DNA of 32,000 nucleotides from Caedibacter taeniospiralis (GTDB lineage Bacteria; Pseudomonadota; Gammaproteobacteria; Francisellales; Francisellaceae): NCBI RefSeq assembly GCF_002803295.2, contig NZ_PGGB02000004.1, positions 264 to 32,263 of the forward strand, read 5' to 3'. Shown piece by piece: positions 31,767 to 32,000 of this stretch (position 1 is its first letter; each line of letters starts with the position of its first letter). The notes under the pieces were generated by a model. It saw only the letters and a program-made list of their open reading frames with translations, ran no database searches and was not told where the DNA came from. The position numbers and the translations under genes were made by a program.

Positions 31767-32000
31767 TATTTGACTCCTCTCATTAAATCACTAAACCACT
31801 CTTTAAAGGTGCAACCTAATTTCTTCCTTAATAATTGATAGCGCCAAAAATGATATTTAAAGGCATTAGCCAGCAGCAGCAATAAAACTGATATTCCGAC
31901 TAATCCAATTAAGATATACCCCTGAGTAAACAAATACAGTGCATAGAAATAATCAACTGCCGCGAGCAACAAACACATGCGTAATAAAAATGTAAATTTT
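31766..32000 (-). CDS. icmV: IcmV C-terminal part; gene continues beyond the right window edge
   Basis: FKYHFWRYQLLRKKLGCTFKEWF matches the remembered IcmV C-terminus (FRYHFWYFQIKERKLGCTFKEWY). The frame is open upstream of the track ATG (..K-F-T-F-L-L-R-M) to nt 32000. Legionella IcmV is about 150 aa. Confidence 0.8.
   Translation of the reverse strand, partial: KFTFLLRMCLLLAAVDYFYALYLFTQGYILIGLVGISVLLLLLANAFKYHFWRYQLLRKKLGCTFKEWFSDLMRGVK

Noticed and set aside
14419-32000. Interpreting the T4BSS as an IncI-type conjugative plasmid or ICE transfer region
   Set aside because: No relaxase, nickase accessory gene, oriT-like nick region, integrase or plasmid maintenance gene is seen in the window. 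IcmV, DotA, DotL, DotN and DotD show long blocks close to remembered Legionella Dot/Icm proteins rather than Tra/Trb proteins. A mobile origin cannot be excluded from 32 kb alone.

Overview
AT-rich DNA that looks like a Legionellales-type gammaproteobacterium. Taxonomy is inferred only from how closely the Dot/Icm proteins resemble remembered Legionella sequences. The right two thirds (14.4-32 kb, almost all on the minus strand) carry part of a Dot/Icm type IVB secretion system. One tightly coupled string reads dotD-dotC-dotB-icmT-dotL(icmO)-orf98-dotM(icmP)-dotN(icmJ), preceded by icmC/icmD-like membrane genes. icmV-dotA sits at the right edge, and icmV runs off the window. About 6.2 kb lies between the dotA stop (28791) and the icmC-like start (22594). 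It holds four unrecognisable genes (one secreted and Cys-rich, three hydrophilic and effector-like), two LuxR-type regulators and an orphan OmpR-family response regulator. Core genes dotO/icmB, dotG, dotH, dotF, dotI, icmX, icmW, icmS and icmQ are not in the window, so the locus is either split or continues past 32 kb. Next to dotN are three tandem paralogous LuxR-family genes. The left 11.6 kb holds a truncated PD-(D/E)XK nuclease-family gene and a four-gene chaperone-usher-like fimbrial cluster with an unusually short chaperone candidate. It also holds a solute-binding protein, a BioC-like methyltransferase, an orphan sensor kinase, and an outer-membrane beta-barrel gene followed by a 540-aa secreted alanine-rich coiled-coil protein. 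A perfect (ATTCAAC)x10 heptanucleotide array fills the gap between these last two genes. Several palindromic extragenic elements are present, including a 175-bp nested inverted-repeat element. I saw no rRNA, tRNA, CRISPR, transposase, integrase or relaxase. All homology calls come from remembered family motifs, not database searches.
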